The notes beneath the pieces are model-generated. The model ran no database searches. It was not told the origin of the DNA and saw nothing but the letters and a program-made list of their open reading frames with translations. Positions 35,901-50,295 of a stretch of 64,000 nucleotides of DNA are shown here, piece after piece; positions within the stretch are counted from its first letter, which is position 1, and each line of letters opens with the position of its first letter. This DNA is from Cycas panzhihuaensis (Eukaryota; Plantae; Cycadophyta): positions 137,089,741 to 137,153,740 of the forward strand of contig CM041465.1 in NCBI GenBank assembly GCA_023213395.1. Reading direction: 5' to 3'. The position numbers and the translations under genes were made by a program.

Positions 35901-38900
35901 TGTACTTATCTTCTATACATTGGAAGATCATATCTTCCTTAGAGTTGGTGAAGCTACAACATCAAAGGAGGCTTGAGATGCACTTAAGGTGACTTATGAA
36001 GGAGCTAGATTATCTAAACTTCAAACCTTAAGAAGTAGATTTGAAAATCTAAGAATGATAACTCATGAAGAAGTTAATGAGTTTATTACTAAGGTCCAAG
36101 GCTTAGTTAACCTAATGAGATCATTAGATAAAATGATTAGTAAATAAAGAGTTGTTAAAAAAATCCTAAGATGTGTAGGAGATATCAAGAGGTTTAAAAT
36201 GGTAGTTACTAGTATAGAAGTGTTTAGGAATCTTAGCATACTTAAAATAGATCAACTAAGTGTTATTCTTCTAGCAGTTAAAGAAAAGAAAGGGGGAAAT
36301 GAATCCCTTGAACATGTCTTTTCCACTAAGGTAAAGATTAGGCATAATTACCAAGGATAAAGTTCTAAGGGTGGAGGTTAATCCTCTAGAGGTAGAGACC
36401 AACTAAGAAACTAGTTTCAAAGATAAGGTCAAGGTTTCCAAGCTTATTATCAAGGTTATCAAATACAAGGATAAAGTAGCTATCAAGGACAAACCCTAAA
36501 TCAAAATTTTCAAGGGTAAAATTAATACCAAGGTCAAAGGTACTTTTGAGGCCAAGGAAAAGGCCAAAATTATGGACCTTAAGGAAGACGAAGAGGTCAA
36601 TGTCCTAGGGGGAGAAATCAAACTCAAAGAGATAGAGGAACCATTCAATGTTCCTACTACTACAAGAGTGGTCACTTAAAGGAAAACTATTTTGCCAAAT
36701 GGTCAAGTACACAAAAGAGAACAACTAATACAAGTGTGGAAGAAAGACATAATAATAAATTATTTCTTTCAAGCCTAATGGCCAATGAAGAAGAAGATAG
36801 TTAATATATTGATTTAAGATGTTCCACACATATGACACATAAAAAAGAGTGGTTTAAGGAGTTAGATAACTCCTAGAAAAGTAAAATTATGTTTGAAGAT
36901 AACACCATTCAAGTAGTTATTAGAAAAAGAAACATCTCCATTATAACTAATTTTGGAGAAATTACAAGTATAAATGATCTCTCATATATTCCATCTCTTA
37001 AGAAGAATTTACTTTTAGTGGGTTAGAGTGGTCTATGATAATGGCAAATACAACATCAAGGACAAATCAAGGAATAAGGCAGTTATAGCCAAAGGTCAAA
37101 TGAATAGTGATAGGTTATTATAAGTAGTCATACCCCCAATAGATTGCTATGCACTAAAGACATCATCAAGTATGGATAATGATAAATAACACAAAAGACT
37201 TGGCCATGTAAATTTCAATAGTTTGGCCTTAATGAAAAGAATGAATATGGTGATTGGACTTCTTACTATTGAACCTAACAAAGAACTTTATGAAGGTTGC
37301 ATATTTGGAAAGTAGCAAAGGGAAAGTTTTTCTAATGAAAGTTGTAGGGCCAATGGGTCCTTTCAATTGATTTATATAGATTTATATGGTCCCATAGATA
37401 TGCCCTCACTTGGACGAGCTAAGTACTTTATAACTTTTATTGATAACTTTACAAAGATGACATAGGTCTACTTAATTAAATTTAAATTAGATACTCTATA
37501 ATGCTTCTATGGACTTCAAAACTTTTGTGGAAAGATAGTAGATTTAGAATTCTTCCCTAAGATCAGATAATATGGGAGGCAAAGTGGATTGATAATTCTT
37601 ATCCTAAGATCATATAATAGGGGAGAATTCATTTCAAATGAGTTCAAGCCTTATTGAAATTATTATGGCATAAGAAAATAACTCACTAATTCTTGTACCC
37701 CATAGTAAAATGGAGTTGCTAAAAGAAAGAATAGAACAATTGTCGAAATAGTAAGAAGTATGCTTAAAGATAAGTACCTTGGAAATGAATTTTAGGTAGA
37801 ATCTATATACACAACTACTTAGATATTGAATAAATGTGCTACTAAGGTAATTACATGGGTCATGCTAGAAGAAGCTTAGAGAGGTCATAAGCCAAGCATA
37901 AAATACTTAAGGATTTTTGGGTGCATAACTTATGCACATGTTCTAAACCAAAGAAGAACTAAGTTAGATGATAAGGGCATCAAGTGTATTTTTATAGGAT
38001 ATAGTGACTCATCTAGATCCTATAAACTCTATGATCAAAAAGGTGAAAAGGTAATTGTAAGTAGGGATGCCATCTTTAAAGAAGATGAATTTTATTGAGA
38101 TGAAGTTATTAAAAAAAAGATAAAGGAAAAAACATCATGGTTGAAATGGAATCAATTTCTAAGGATACAAATGTAGCTAATCCAAATGAAATAAGACCCT
38201 CTACATCAAATCAAAAGGTCCCTAAGTAGGTATAAAGGGTACATGACCCTTTAAGCATTTTGGATACCAACTTTGACAGAAGAACTACTAGGTCTCAAAG
38301 GATGAATTTTGCATTGATGACTCAAGTTATAGAGTCCAATGAGACTCATAACTTTGAAGAGGCTAGTATATAGGATGAGTGGAAGGAAGCTATGAAAGAT
38401 TAATATAATGCCTTAGTAAAAAATAATACATGGGAGTTAGTGGATCTACTACCAAATTAGAATACAATTAGAACTAAATGGGTCTATAACACCAAGTATA
38501 AATCATAAGGAATTATTGATAAGTATAAAATAAGATTAGTACAGGATTTGTAAGAAAAACATGTTGGTCACGCTCAGATAGTTTGTGATAATCAAAGCAC
38601 AATTTAGATAACTCAGAATCTAGTGTTTTATGGCAGGTTAAAGCACATTAAAATGCAATATCACTTTATTAGAGAATCGGTATAGTAAGGCAAACTTGAA
38701 TTGGTCTATTGCAACATATAAGAGAAGATCAGGTGACAAACATATTCACTAAGGCACTTGGTAAGATAAAATTTATTAAATTTAAAGATAAAATTAGAGT
38801 CTCCTTAAATATGCATCATAGGGGATAAATATTAGAATAATTCCCATTAGGGCTTGTATCCACCTAAGGTTTGTAACCCATATTGGAGAGATAACTAATA

Positions 38901-39165
38901 TATTAATGGAGATATTATTACGACTCTTTGTCAAACCCTAGCTGCACATGGTCATATATTGTCAGATATTAGCGACATCCATACTAGTGTTTGTCAATGC
39001 TAATCGGTGGTGGATGTTGAGTGGCATACCACATCCTACTCATATCCTGCCTATTTATTTATGGGGTCTGAAGACCCTGGTGTTTATCAATACTACCATT
39101 CTATTAGATTATTAATTTATTCTCTCACTTATTCTCCATGCTTCCTCTGTCCCCTGATTCCATTA
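32933..39165 (+). mobile_element. Ty1/copia D, internally deleted (most of RT missing at ~38544)
   Basis: LTRs 32933-33268 and 38830-39165, TSD GCATG/TCATG, PBS 33271-33281, gag ATG 35698, PR and INT remnants; jumps from early RT (KYKIRLV) to late RNase H (CDNQST). Confidence 0.9.
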
Positions 39166-40019
39166 TCATGAACCTTCAACATAATAATATGGAGGGAATT
39201 TTAAATTCCATAAATTAAACATTAATGGGGAGTGTTGGAATATTAGTTTTCATAATTATCGATGTAATATTGAATTAGTAGTCTAGTGATGATTGATTAA
39301 TACGAAAGGTTTTCTCATACTTAATCTAATATATTGGTATGAGGACCTTATGTGGAACTCTGATCGCTGCTAGGGTTCGAGGTGACACTAAAGGCCTGTG
39401 ACTGTTTAGAGTGTTCAGGAAGCTGTAGGGAGGCCCTGGGAGGGCATGAGACCAAGATTCATCCCTCAATGATGGGAGGGACGGAAGCTTTACACCTATG
39501 AAGGATCACATGGAGATCTATATGTTGATCAGGGTGGTGCATACATAGATCTAAGCTTTGATTAGGCTGGAGCAAATGGAGGGATGAGGCACGGGTCATG
39601 TGTGTAGGATGGAGGGTACAAAGTACCCAAATATGCTGAAGTTAGTTTGAATAGCAGTGTGGAGACTCAAGTGGGGTTGGAACTTCATGCAGTAGTGGGC
39701 CAAAGCTCAAAGATAAAAGGAGAACGCCGGGAGTTGCACTAGGTTAGGGTCTCCTCTATTTTTGGAGATTTGCGAGTAGTTGCTAAATGGAGGGTACCCA
39801 CGTTAGGGTGTTTTAAGGTATCACTGTAAGGAACAGTAGTGGGCAGTCAAAGGAAAGGCTTGTGGAACAATATCTTGACAGTGGAGATATATGGCAGCCA
39901 GGTAAGTCTTAGACTGTCAGTCTTTATTATGTTTTGCAGTAATTCAGTTTATTAGTATGAAGCAACTAGACCATAAAAACTAGACTCAATCCTCTCCTCC
40001 AGAAAGGACATACCTGGAT

Positions 40020-41340
40020 GTGCTAAGAAATGGTGGTGCAAAGGAGTATGAAATAAACCCAGTCTACCAAGACAACTGCATAAAAATCCTTGTACCAAAA
40101 GACCTAACTGAGAATATGGAGAAATATTGGAAAAACAATTTGGTCAAGAGGTTTCCAGGGCCTAGACTAGGGCTCGATATCATCAAGAAATGGGTGGTGA
40201 ATAAGTGGAAAACAAAGAATCTAGTGGAGGTAATAGCTATTCCCAAGGATTTCGCTCTTTTTAGGTTTGCCAACCAAGAAGATATGATTGGAATTCTCCT
40301 AAAATCACCCTAGATGCTTGGAAGAAAGGCAATCATCTTGGAAAAGTGGCATCCAGACTTTGACCCATCAGTTTCAATGGTAAAACAAGCTCCGATCTGG
40401 GTCCAGATGCTAGGGTTACCCTTGCAGTTTTAGAACCTAGAAGTAGTGAGAGGGGTGGCTAAAGCAGTAGGGCCGCTATTAGTAATAGACTCAGCAACAA
40501 AGAATATAACACGCTTGATAAACACCAAGTTTTGCTTTCTAGTGAGAGTTAACAAAAACCTCCTGGAAGAGGTCAGTATTGAAATAGAGGGGTGGAATCT
40601 TGATCAGAAGTTGGTTTATGAGTTAGAGGGTTTTATATGCTTTAGATGCAGATGCTTGGGGCATGTCCCTGTGAAGTGACAAGGGGAACCAAATAAGGAT
40701 GAGGCCCATGAGAAGGGGGGGCTGAGTAAGGCTGTTGAGGATCTAGTGGCAGAAACATATGTGGGTGATGCCTTAGGGACAAAGGCAGTTGAAACTCCTC
40801 AGTCAAATCAGAACGAGGAGGCTTCCATATTAGTGGAAGTTGAGGAAAAAGAGCAACCTTTAGAACAGGTGGAAGGGTAGTAAGGATTAATAACCATGGA
40901 AGAGGAATGCCTTGAGGGTGAGGAGAGGAGGACTAAGGAGGCCCTGCCTAAGATAGTCGAGAATACTCAAGCTGAGGAGATGAAGGAGATAAACTGGGAC
41001 GAGGAAGACCATCTCTCAGAGGAAGGTGACGAAAACAATCATCCTGCAGGTCAGATGGAAGTGTAGCAAGTGTCAGTAGTTGTGGAAGAGGAGTGTCAGG
41101 AGGATGTGGACTGTAGGGATGAGGGAGCCTAGTATGTGAGAGGGGAGCTAGAAAGGCCATTTAGTGGGGATCACAAGTGGGTAGCAAGTAGAGCCCTAGA
41201 CTTGGGAAGCAATAAAAGGGTTAGTAGGCTGTCTAAGAAAGTGAATAGAGAAAGGGAGGCAGTTTCCCAAATTGACTAAGGGTTTTAGCAAACCCTAAAG
41301 GAAGGGGTTATTAAAGGCCTATTTCTTAGAAGTAGAAGAT
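40020..41340 (+). pseudogene. LINE ORF1 (DUF4283-like plus zinc knuckle)
   Basis: KYWKNNLVKRFPG...KWVVNKW...FALFRFANQED; CFRCRCLGH. Confidence 0.85.
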
Positions 41341-41367
41341 GACCCTTAAGGGTTGTCACAGAGGGGC

Positions 41368-44300
41368 ATGGCCATAAGGATATTATCCTAGAATGTGAGG
41401 GGTTTGAATGCCCCCTCTAAATAAAGAATTGTTAAGAATTTAAGACATAGAGTGGGAGGGGATATTATGATATTGTAGGAAATGAAACTTAAGAAGACTA
41501 AGGAATCATATGTGAAAAACAAGATCTAGAGGAATGGTGAGATGTTGGCAAAAGAGGGATCTCTTGGATCAGGAAGTATGGTTGTTCTCTGGGACCCAAG
41601 ATTTTGGCAGGGGATTGGTATGGTTCAGGAAGAGCATTTCATGACTGTCTGCCTTACCTGCAGGAGAACAAATATCTAATGTTTAGCCACCAGTATTTAT
41701 GCTCTGACAACAGTGGAAGGAAGAAAGAACTTGTGGGATAGGATTGTGACTATCCACAAAGACTAGAAGGGCCCCTGGATAGTTATGGGGGACCTGAATA
41801 TGACCTTATACCTAAGAGAAAAGAAAGGAGGTCAAGAGGGCTGGTCTAGGAGCATCTCAGACCTGGGGGATTTTTTACAGAGAGGGGGATTGATGGATGT
41901 CCCACTTAGAGGGGCCAGGTATACTTGGTTAAATAGGAGATTAGGGGACAACCACATCTAGATTAAGTTAGACAGGGTGTTGATAAATTATGAATGTATG
42001 AGTCTCCATGAAAACATTAAATTAGAGGCACTACCAAAGATGGCCTCTAACCATTCACCTTTAATGTTGGAATTTAATACTTTAAGTATTCATCGAGGGC
42101 CCCACTTCCGATTCGAGCTTATGTGGTTGAGGCACCTGGATCTCAGGGACAAGGTTAGGGAATAATGGAGTATCCCGATGAAGGGACATGCTATGTTCAT
42201 GTTCTTAAAAAGTTGAATTGGGTCAAGAGATAGATTAAAGTTTGGAACATAGAAGTTTTTAGAAACATTTTTGAGGCCAAAGGTAGACTTCTTGAGGAAT
42301 TGAATACGGTAGAGGGTAGAATTCAAGAGGAAGGGAAGTCCACTATTTTGGACTAGATGAAGCATTCGACCACAAAAAACTTGGAAGACGTGTTGGCCAA
42401 AGAGGAAATATATTGGAAATAGAAATCTAGAGCTCTCTAGCTGTCAGAGGGAGACATAAACACTAAGGTTTTTCATATGTCCATGTTGAAACATAGATCC
42501 TATAATAGAATAAACATTCTGTGTAGTGTGGATGGAGTCAATCATGAGACAAAAGAGGAAATCAAGGACATTGTGGTGGAATACTTTAAGAACTTATTTG
42601 AAGAACCCAGTTACCAAGAGATGGAACTAAGGAAGAATCTCATGAGACATATCCCAAAACTGATCAATGAAGTCCAAAATAGAAGGTTGACAGACCCTTT
42701 TACATTGGAGGAAGTGGAGAATGCTCTCTTCAACATGGGCCAAGATAAAGCTCCTAGGCCAGATGGTTTTCCTCTAGGTTTTTTCCAAGAATTTTGGTAT
42801 ATAATCAGGAAGGATCTAAATCTAGCTTTGGATGAATTTACTGAGAAGAAAACAATTCTCAGGTGACTTTTGTGGTGCTGATTCCCAAAAAGGAAGGAGT
42901 GAAAGTCATGGAGGACTTTAAACCGATAAGCCTTTACAACGTAAAATACAAAATTTTGGCAAAAAAATTGGCAAATAGATTAAAGGAATGCTTGCCACTT
43001 ATCATATTCCCAAATCAGGATGGATTTGTGAAAGGCAGATAAATCTTGGACAATATAATAGTGGTCCATGAGACGAGTCATTCGATTTACCATAGGAAAG
43101 AGGTTGGAATATTAGTGAAAACTGACATGTCCAAAGCTTATGATCGACTGGCCTGGGATTTCTTAATGGATTGCCCCCAGGCCTTTGGCTTTAACGAGGT
43201 TTGGAGGGGTTGGATGTGGTGTTGCATATCCAGCCCTTCTTTCTCTGTTATGATAAATGACACCTCGACTCCTTTCTTCCTTGGATTTAGAGGATTGAGG
43301 TAGGGGAATCCTTTATCTCCCTACCTATTTATCATTATGGCAGAAATATTTGGGAGGGTTGTTGAGGAGGCCAGAAGGAGAGGGTGGGTGATTGGTCTTA
43401 AACCTTCATCTAGCATTGACAATGTTATCCAACATCAGTTCATCGATGATAATATATTTCTAGGTAAGGCGGCCCTAGAGGAAGCTAGAGCATTTAAGAC
43501 CAGGCTCTAGGCCTATGAGAGGGTTATGAATCAAAAAATCAATCTGGAAAAGAGCTCTATTTTCTTCATCAACACTGTTAAGAAGACAAGGTCCTAATAA
43601 CCTGAAACTGCCACCAAGATCTAAACTATTTTGTAACTAGTTACAGGAATCAAAGTTGAAATTTAACATGCAAGTTCTTAAACCAGAGATAATACAATAA
43701 AATGTATTACATATACATTATATATACCTAAACATCACATATACACCTGATATAACGTGGTAAAACCATAGCAGTATGCTAGGGAAACATCTATAAAGGA
43801 AATGTATCGATCTTTATTATCAAAGAATGGAGAAATATACACAATCTATAGTAGAATGTTGACAACAACAACAACTAGGCGCCCAACTCTTCACAGTACA
43901 TCCAATACATCGAACACCATCAACATAATGAAAAAATACCCTAAATCATGCTATATGACAGAGTCATACAAGGCACAAATCTCGACTATAGAATCTAGGG
44001 TATTTTTAGTGAATGACCATAATTCTCTTTACAATTTAGTATGCTTTTCAGTGCTAGCTTTTTGGATCAAAGGCTATCACTCCTAAATCCCCTGTTTGTA
44101 GGGGGCGTTCTAACCCTCCCCTCCCCCCAACCAAAATGGGTTCTCACCCCCCTTGGAACCCCTCGAGGAAGTTTGTTGGGGAAACCACGATGTCAACCTG
44201 TCAAAATTTTAGCCTCCAAAACATTGTTGTCACATTATCTAACAAACACCCATGAGAGATTACAAAGGAGGGTCAGTAGGGAGATGGAGATCCCTATTAG

Positions 44301-46190
44301 GACTCTTCCAACCACATACCCGGGGATGCCTTTATTTATGGGAAACATGAGTAAGGATCTTTGGGACCCTATTGTGGATAAAATCCAAAGGAAGTTGGCT
44401 AGTTAGAAGGGCTCCCTCCTTAGTCAAGCGGGCAAAATTCAGTTGGTGGTGGCCACATTGCAGAGCATTCCAGTCTATATGATGTGAATCTTCAAGATTC
44501 TGAGAAAGATCATTTCGATCTTAGAAGGCATTTAGAAAAGATTCCTCTATTCTATCGTAGAGGATAATGACGGATTTCACTTGGTTTCATGGGATAAGGT
44601 CTGTAGGCCTAGGTGGGTAAGCGGGCTTAAAATTAGAAGGCCGGGGAGGTTTAACAAGGCTTTGATGGCCAAATTTAGGTGGAGACTGGCGAAAAATGAT
44701 GGCACCCAGTGGGGAAATATCATTACCAAAATGTACCTAGGGGGTAGACACTTTTTAAAAGATGAGGTGGGGGAAGTTTCTGGTTCCTCTATTTAGAAAG
44801 GGTTGGTTCATGCGAGACACATTTTAACTAAGGGTATGAGATGGAAGTTGGGGAATGGGGAAAGCAAATTAAAGGGCAGACCCTCCATTGGTAATCTGCA
44901 TGGGTCTGTTAAAGTACCTTTGGCTCATTGGTTAAGGACTACTAGGTGGGTCAAGGCAAAGACAGAAAGTGGAGATCCTTTAAGGAAATACAAAGGGATC
45001 CAAGAGGGGGGGGATAATATTTAGATCCTTGAGAGGGAACTGTACCACTAGTATATTCCCAAAAGGCCATTGGATGATACAATAATATGGCCTCACTCCC
45101 CCTCTGGGACATACTTTGTGTAGGAGGGATATATGCATGGAGGAGGGGTTTGGTAAGAACCCACTACTAGCTGGGGTTTGGAAGTTGGGGCTTATTCCAA
45201 AGGTTGTGGTCTTTTGGTGGCTTTGTTTACATAATAAGATACTAACAATTGATAATCTCCATAGGCAAGGCTTGGCCATACTAAATAGATGTGTGTTGTG
45301 TAAGAATGATGAGGAGTCTTTGGATCATATTAGTATTCATTGTCCCTTCTCTAGGGGAATTTGAACCCGCATTTGGTCCAATCTTAGGATAGACTAGGTG
45401 TTTCCTATAATCTTGTTAGATTAATGGATGTTGTAGGAATCACCCTTTAGGAGTAAGACGTTGGGACTAATTTGGAAACTAATTATGCCCATGGCAGTTT
45501 GGAATATCTGGAAGGAACGTAATAGAAGAAGCTTCTAAGGGAAGGAGATGGATGAACCTAGGCTGTATGAAATGACTCGATGAGCGATAGTAGAAATGAT
45601 TAAACCTTTGGATGAGGAAGTGGATCCGAAGGGGGAGGGAAGCATTATGGACGATTGGGGGATTAAGAGACCTAAGATCATAGGGGTAAAATAGGGGAAG
45701 TGTTTATGGCAGGCGCCTAATGAAAACTGGGTCAAAATAAATTTTGATAGGGCGTCAAAAGCCCGGCAAACCTGTGAGGATGTGGGGGTCTCTATATAGA
45801 TACCCAGATGGGTCGGTAAGATGGGCCTTTGCAAAATACTATGGTCAATAGACGAATCATAGTGCTAAACTTAATGCTATGTAGAGAGCTATAGCTACGG
45901 TTAATGAGGACAACTGTGATAAGGTAATGATAGAAGGAGACTCTATGAATGTGATCAGGATTCTCAAGGGGGACATGGAGGCTGATTGGTATAATGTGGA
46001 CATGGTGAGGGATGCTCAAGACATTTTAAGATCCAAATAGAGTACCTAGATTTGGCATATGTATAAGGAAGGCAATGCAGTTGTGGATTGGCTTGCCAAT
46101 TGGGTGGTTTTAAATAAGAGAATGAGGGTTTAGAAAGAGAATTTCCTAGAGGAGCTTATGAGTTTGGTTAGATTGGATGTGTTAGCCTAG
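41368..46190 (+). pseudogene. LINE ORF2 (APE endonuclease, RT, zf-RVT, RNase H)
   Basis: ILS*NVRGLN; ASNHSPL; KAPRPDGF; KTDMSKAYDRL; QFIDD; CVLCKNDEESLDHISIHC; VKINFDRASK...EGNAVVDWLAN. Confidence 0.93.
43576..44244 (-). mobile_element. Solo LTR (669 bp) inserted in the LINE RT
   Basis: TGTTA...TAACA termini, perfect TSD AACAC; LINE frame FFINT-HERLQ is restored on removal. Strand inferred only from composition. Confidence 0.9.
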
Positions 46191-46935
46191 AGCAGGGATT
46201 GCTAGCCATTGGGCTTCTCATGGCGTAGTGAGATAGTGTGGTTTAAGTTATGCTAGGCCATGGGTATGTCATGGCCGTTTCCATCGCCGGTGGGCTACTA
46301 TTGTAGAAGGTTCGGGGACTTATCAAAACCCCTTCTAATTCTTTACCAAATCAAAAAGAAAAAAAAATCTAATAGATTGATATAATGGTGAAATATGATT
46401 AGATCATAATCTAATAATATATTTATATAAGGACAATTCATATTTAAAGGAAAATTATATCACTTAGTTCTCCTTGTGAGGATAAGATAACTTACCATAT
46501 GGATTATTAATTATTCTTTCTTAATATGAGATCTTGTATATATTTGGAGGTGGTTTTTCTCATTTATAGATTTTTTATATTAAACATAGTGTTACATATG
46601 GTGTTTGTATAATTTACTCTTTTTATTTGTCTTTATTTATTTATTATATAATTAATTAATTATGATTATATACTCACATATATATTTTTATATAAGTCAT
46701 TTAAGAAAATTCAACATATTCCCTGCACTTATAATAAGATACTCAACATCATTGTTGTCGTAATCATTTTACCCAAACTAAGTCTATGATTGAAACAATT
46801 ATTTTTTTCTAATTTCCTATCATGTGATATAAGCAACTAGAATCTATAATTCAGGAAGAACATGAAGTATAAGTTGAAAAAGATGAAATATAAGCTATTG
46901 AAGTAACTTAGTTTAAGATATTAACATTTAGCATT

Positions 46936-47546
46936 TTTTTTTCGATTAGATAAAATGAATTTTTAGTGGGTTTGAAAGAGGATCCCACAACCTATTACAT
47001 CAGGAAATATAGTGCATCTAAGTTTTATATAACCATGACAACCCCACGGTCTAGGCCAGAGAGCTAGATGCCGGGACAAGCCCCACCTGACTAGGCATTA
47101 CGGATCATGTCCTTCTCTATCGAACCATGAGGTCCCTAGGGAAATCAGGTCTTCCACACTTGGCACTGTGTCACTCCCTGTCTCGGTTGCTAGAAAGTCA
47201 CCGGGTTTATTTCCTTCTCTCGTAGTATGCCTTATACTTACGCGCCACCCCTTAATGATTTCTTTGGCATCGTTAAATAAGGGTTGGAATCTCCAATCCG
47301 GGAGAGCCTCGTCTTTCAATGTTTTTACCACAACCTCAGAGTCCCCTCAATTACCAGTCTCTGAATATTTCCTTCCACAGCAAGATCAAGAGCTTTAAGC
47401 ATAGAATGCATCTCAGCATAATGATTTGTCTGGCAATCATAGAAATTCGTGGAGGCCCAAATAGGGGACCCAATGTGGTCCCTACAAATACCTCCTCCCC
47501 CAGCGTCCCCGGGATTCCCTTTTGTTGCCCCATCGAGGAGCCCTGG
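46936..47546 (-). mobile_element. 5'-truncated L1 LINE (RNase H domain, 3' UTR, poly-A)
   Basis: 16-bp TSD ATTAACATTTAGCATT (46920-46935, 47547-47562); DGATKGNPGDAGGGGICRDH...HTTREGNKPGDFLA. Confidence 0.92.
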
Positions 47547-50295
47547 ATTAACATTTAGCATTAATAAGCATCTTTTCATTGTAATACTTTTTAACATGAC
47601 CCTTTTCATAATAATAATGATAAATAGTATAAGCATGTGAGAGAGAAAATTGACCTAAATGCATTGCATACACTTAATTTATTTTTTATCTTTTGAAATG
47701 TTGCCTTTAATATCATAGATTTTTTATTTTCTTTTTTATAAGTTTATTATACATATATTATAATTCTTCTTTTATAAACTTTTATTATAGTGTTAATGGA
47801 GATTGCATATAATAGGTAATAAGGGTTTTTAATGATGAATGTTGAAGATTAAATGTAATGATCTTACAGATCAATACTTGTAAGGAGTATTCTAGAAGAA
47901 AAAAGGCCCACTTATGTAAAGATAAGCTTATAGGACTAGTTATTTTAAGAACTCACAAAATGAAAAATAGGCCATGTTATTTATTATAAAAGAGAAAATA
48001 AAATAAGGAGATGCTTCCTTGTCCTTGCACTTTATTTTGGTTTGTTTTTTCCTTCTAATTATTGGGATATTTTTTGATTGAATTGATGAGAGAATGAAGT
48101 TTCTCCTTTGGATGGAAATTTTAAACTTTGTGATTATTTTTTTATTAAGAAAATTGAGTTTAAACGTAGTACAAAATTTTTGCCTCCTCTAATTGATAGA
48201 ATTCAAATATGTTACATTAATTCCACTACTATTTCATTGCATCTAATTTACTAATAATCATGGAATCAAAGGAATTTTATAGAATCAATTTCACATTCCT
48301 TACTTAAGGTGGGATATTCCTTAAGGAATATAACTATAATCTATGCATTATTAATAGCTAGAAGTGAAGTTCTAACTTTTGTATAGACATGACTCTTACT
48401 GGAATTGATGGTTTCAAGATACAACACTCTAATCAAAGTTGTTATTTTTGGGTGAAGGAAATAAAGATGACAAACTATCACTCAATTCTATTATTATGCT
48501 AAACCATAAAGATAAGGACATAAAGTTTTCTTTGGAAGGTGTTGGTACTCTATCATCTGAGGTAAAGATCTCCCATGAGGTTACATAAATATATTAGAAC
48601 AACCTTTACTAACCTAGAATTAATATTACTTAGGGTAAATTTAGACCATAATTAACATAGAGGGACCAAGAGAGGGCTAAAATAATATGCCCTTAGAAAG
48701 CTAATATTTGTGATATGCCTCATGTGGTGGTTAGGGTAAGGTCTAAGAAATTTCTAGGAGCCGTGACAAATGAAGAGATATTGCCACAAAATAAATTGCT
48801 TAGATTCCATTTGAAGTGGTTGTAAAGATGAAATAAAGGAGCTACAAATCATTCAAAGCCTCATTACACACCAAGAATCACTACAAAAGTCTAAACACTA
48901 TGCCCACATAAATTAAAAGCCCAAAATTAACTGTAGAATTCTATGTGAACATATCACAAAAATAATAGCGCTAAAGTCTAAATGGTTTTTAAGGATTTAA
49001 TGTATATATTTCCTTCTTAACATTTTTAGAAATTAAATCAAAATTAGTAATATCTTAGAATTTGTACAGCTTTTAATCTACTAGTTGAGGATCGCATGGA
49101 GGACTAGGGGCCAAATGTAAAAAGAGATGAATACCATTTTTCCACTCTTATTCAAAAATTTATACCTAATTGCACATTGTATCTCATAACCTTAATATAT
49201 GGATGTAATTTTTAAATTTGCCCAATTCATTAAACTCCCTATTCAAATGGCTTTGAAATGAGTGGTTACAAGACCACATTGATTTCTAATTTATACAAGA
49301 AAATCAACTCTAAAGTCAAACTAATTTTTTTGTAAGAAATATATTTAAAGCAAAAATATTAAAATTTAATGCCATCTTGGGCATGAAAGGCCAAAATTAG
49401 TGAGTTTAATATTATCACCCTTCACGGTGACTGGTGTTTGAAGTAAAGTCGTATAAAATACTAAAACTTAAGTAAAAAATGCTAAGTTAAATGTTTTCTA
49501 GTACCTTGCTAGGTGATTGATAACTTATTAAATGATGTTGTTGAATGTTGAGACATGTAAGTCCTTAAAAAGATATTATAGTAAATTAGTTAAATGTTAA
49601 TGCAAAAATATATAACAAAATGAGGAAAATTAATATCAAGTAGGAGTTATATAAAGATAACTAAAGAAACAATTAATGAGTGAAGGGCATGGTTATGATA
49701 ATGATAATAACAACAAATAATAGAAAGGAATAACAAAAGATAAATATCTTTTATATATTTCCTTTTTTATTTGAGTATGGTTATCTGGTTAGACACTTTT
49801 TTTGGCTATAAGAACCTTCCTTGGATGCGGAGTATGATGTGTGGGAGTGTGTTGAATGAAATTATGCTATGTAATAACTTAAGAGCTAAGAATACCTAAG
49901 GGCTATTGTGTTAAATGATTTGTAGAAAAATAATATCTTAATGTATTGGCTTTATAGCACCTAAGGTAAAAATAAAATTATTATGCTTGTACCGTTGTTA
50001 TAACTCTTATTATTAGGACCACATGTGAGAGTCATGTGATTGTACCCTATTTGGTAGGATAATTAACTCATTACGAGAGCCTTGTTAAAGGCTTGATGTC
50101 TTGAAATATTTTTAGAATATATGAAACTTGATGAAATAAGCCTTCTCATGAAGATTATGATTGGCTTGGTGTGGAGTCATAGTAGAAATAAGGAAGTGGA
50201 AAAGAGCATAAGTTTGGTTAGTTAGGTAGTTTGAGATGCCATTAATATTTGTGTTTTGATACCACACAGTTATTATACAGGATAACCCACATATC

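Larger units (their letters stand above)
39337..46365 (+). mobile_element. Apparently full-length L1-clade LINE, degenerate
   Basis: TSD AATCTAATA(T/G)ATTG at 39323-39336 and 46366-46379, A-rich tail 46353-46367, ORF1 plus ORF2. Confidence 0.95.
29413..46716 (+). mobile_element. Old, non-autonomous copia-derived LTR element E (hosts copia D and the LINE)
   Basis: LTR 29413-29861 matches the split LTR 39233-39336 plus 46366-46716; PBS TGGTATTAGAG 29862-29872; PPT AATGGGGAG 39224-39232; TSD TATTA/TATTC; only coding trace is KILRYLK near 30270. Confidence 0.82.

Noticed and set aside
39902-39939. GTAAGT...TTTTGCAG intron-like segment in the LINE 5' region
   Set aside because: Only 38 nt, too short for a typical plant intron.
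43802-44406. ORFs of 94 and 121 aa
   Set aside because: They lie in or start within a solo LTR; only the last part of the second is LINE ORF2.
47563-50295. AT-rich unassigned sequence (also 21240-22450)
   Set aside because: No termini, TSD or protein similarity I can support; probably old TE debris.
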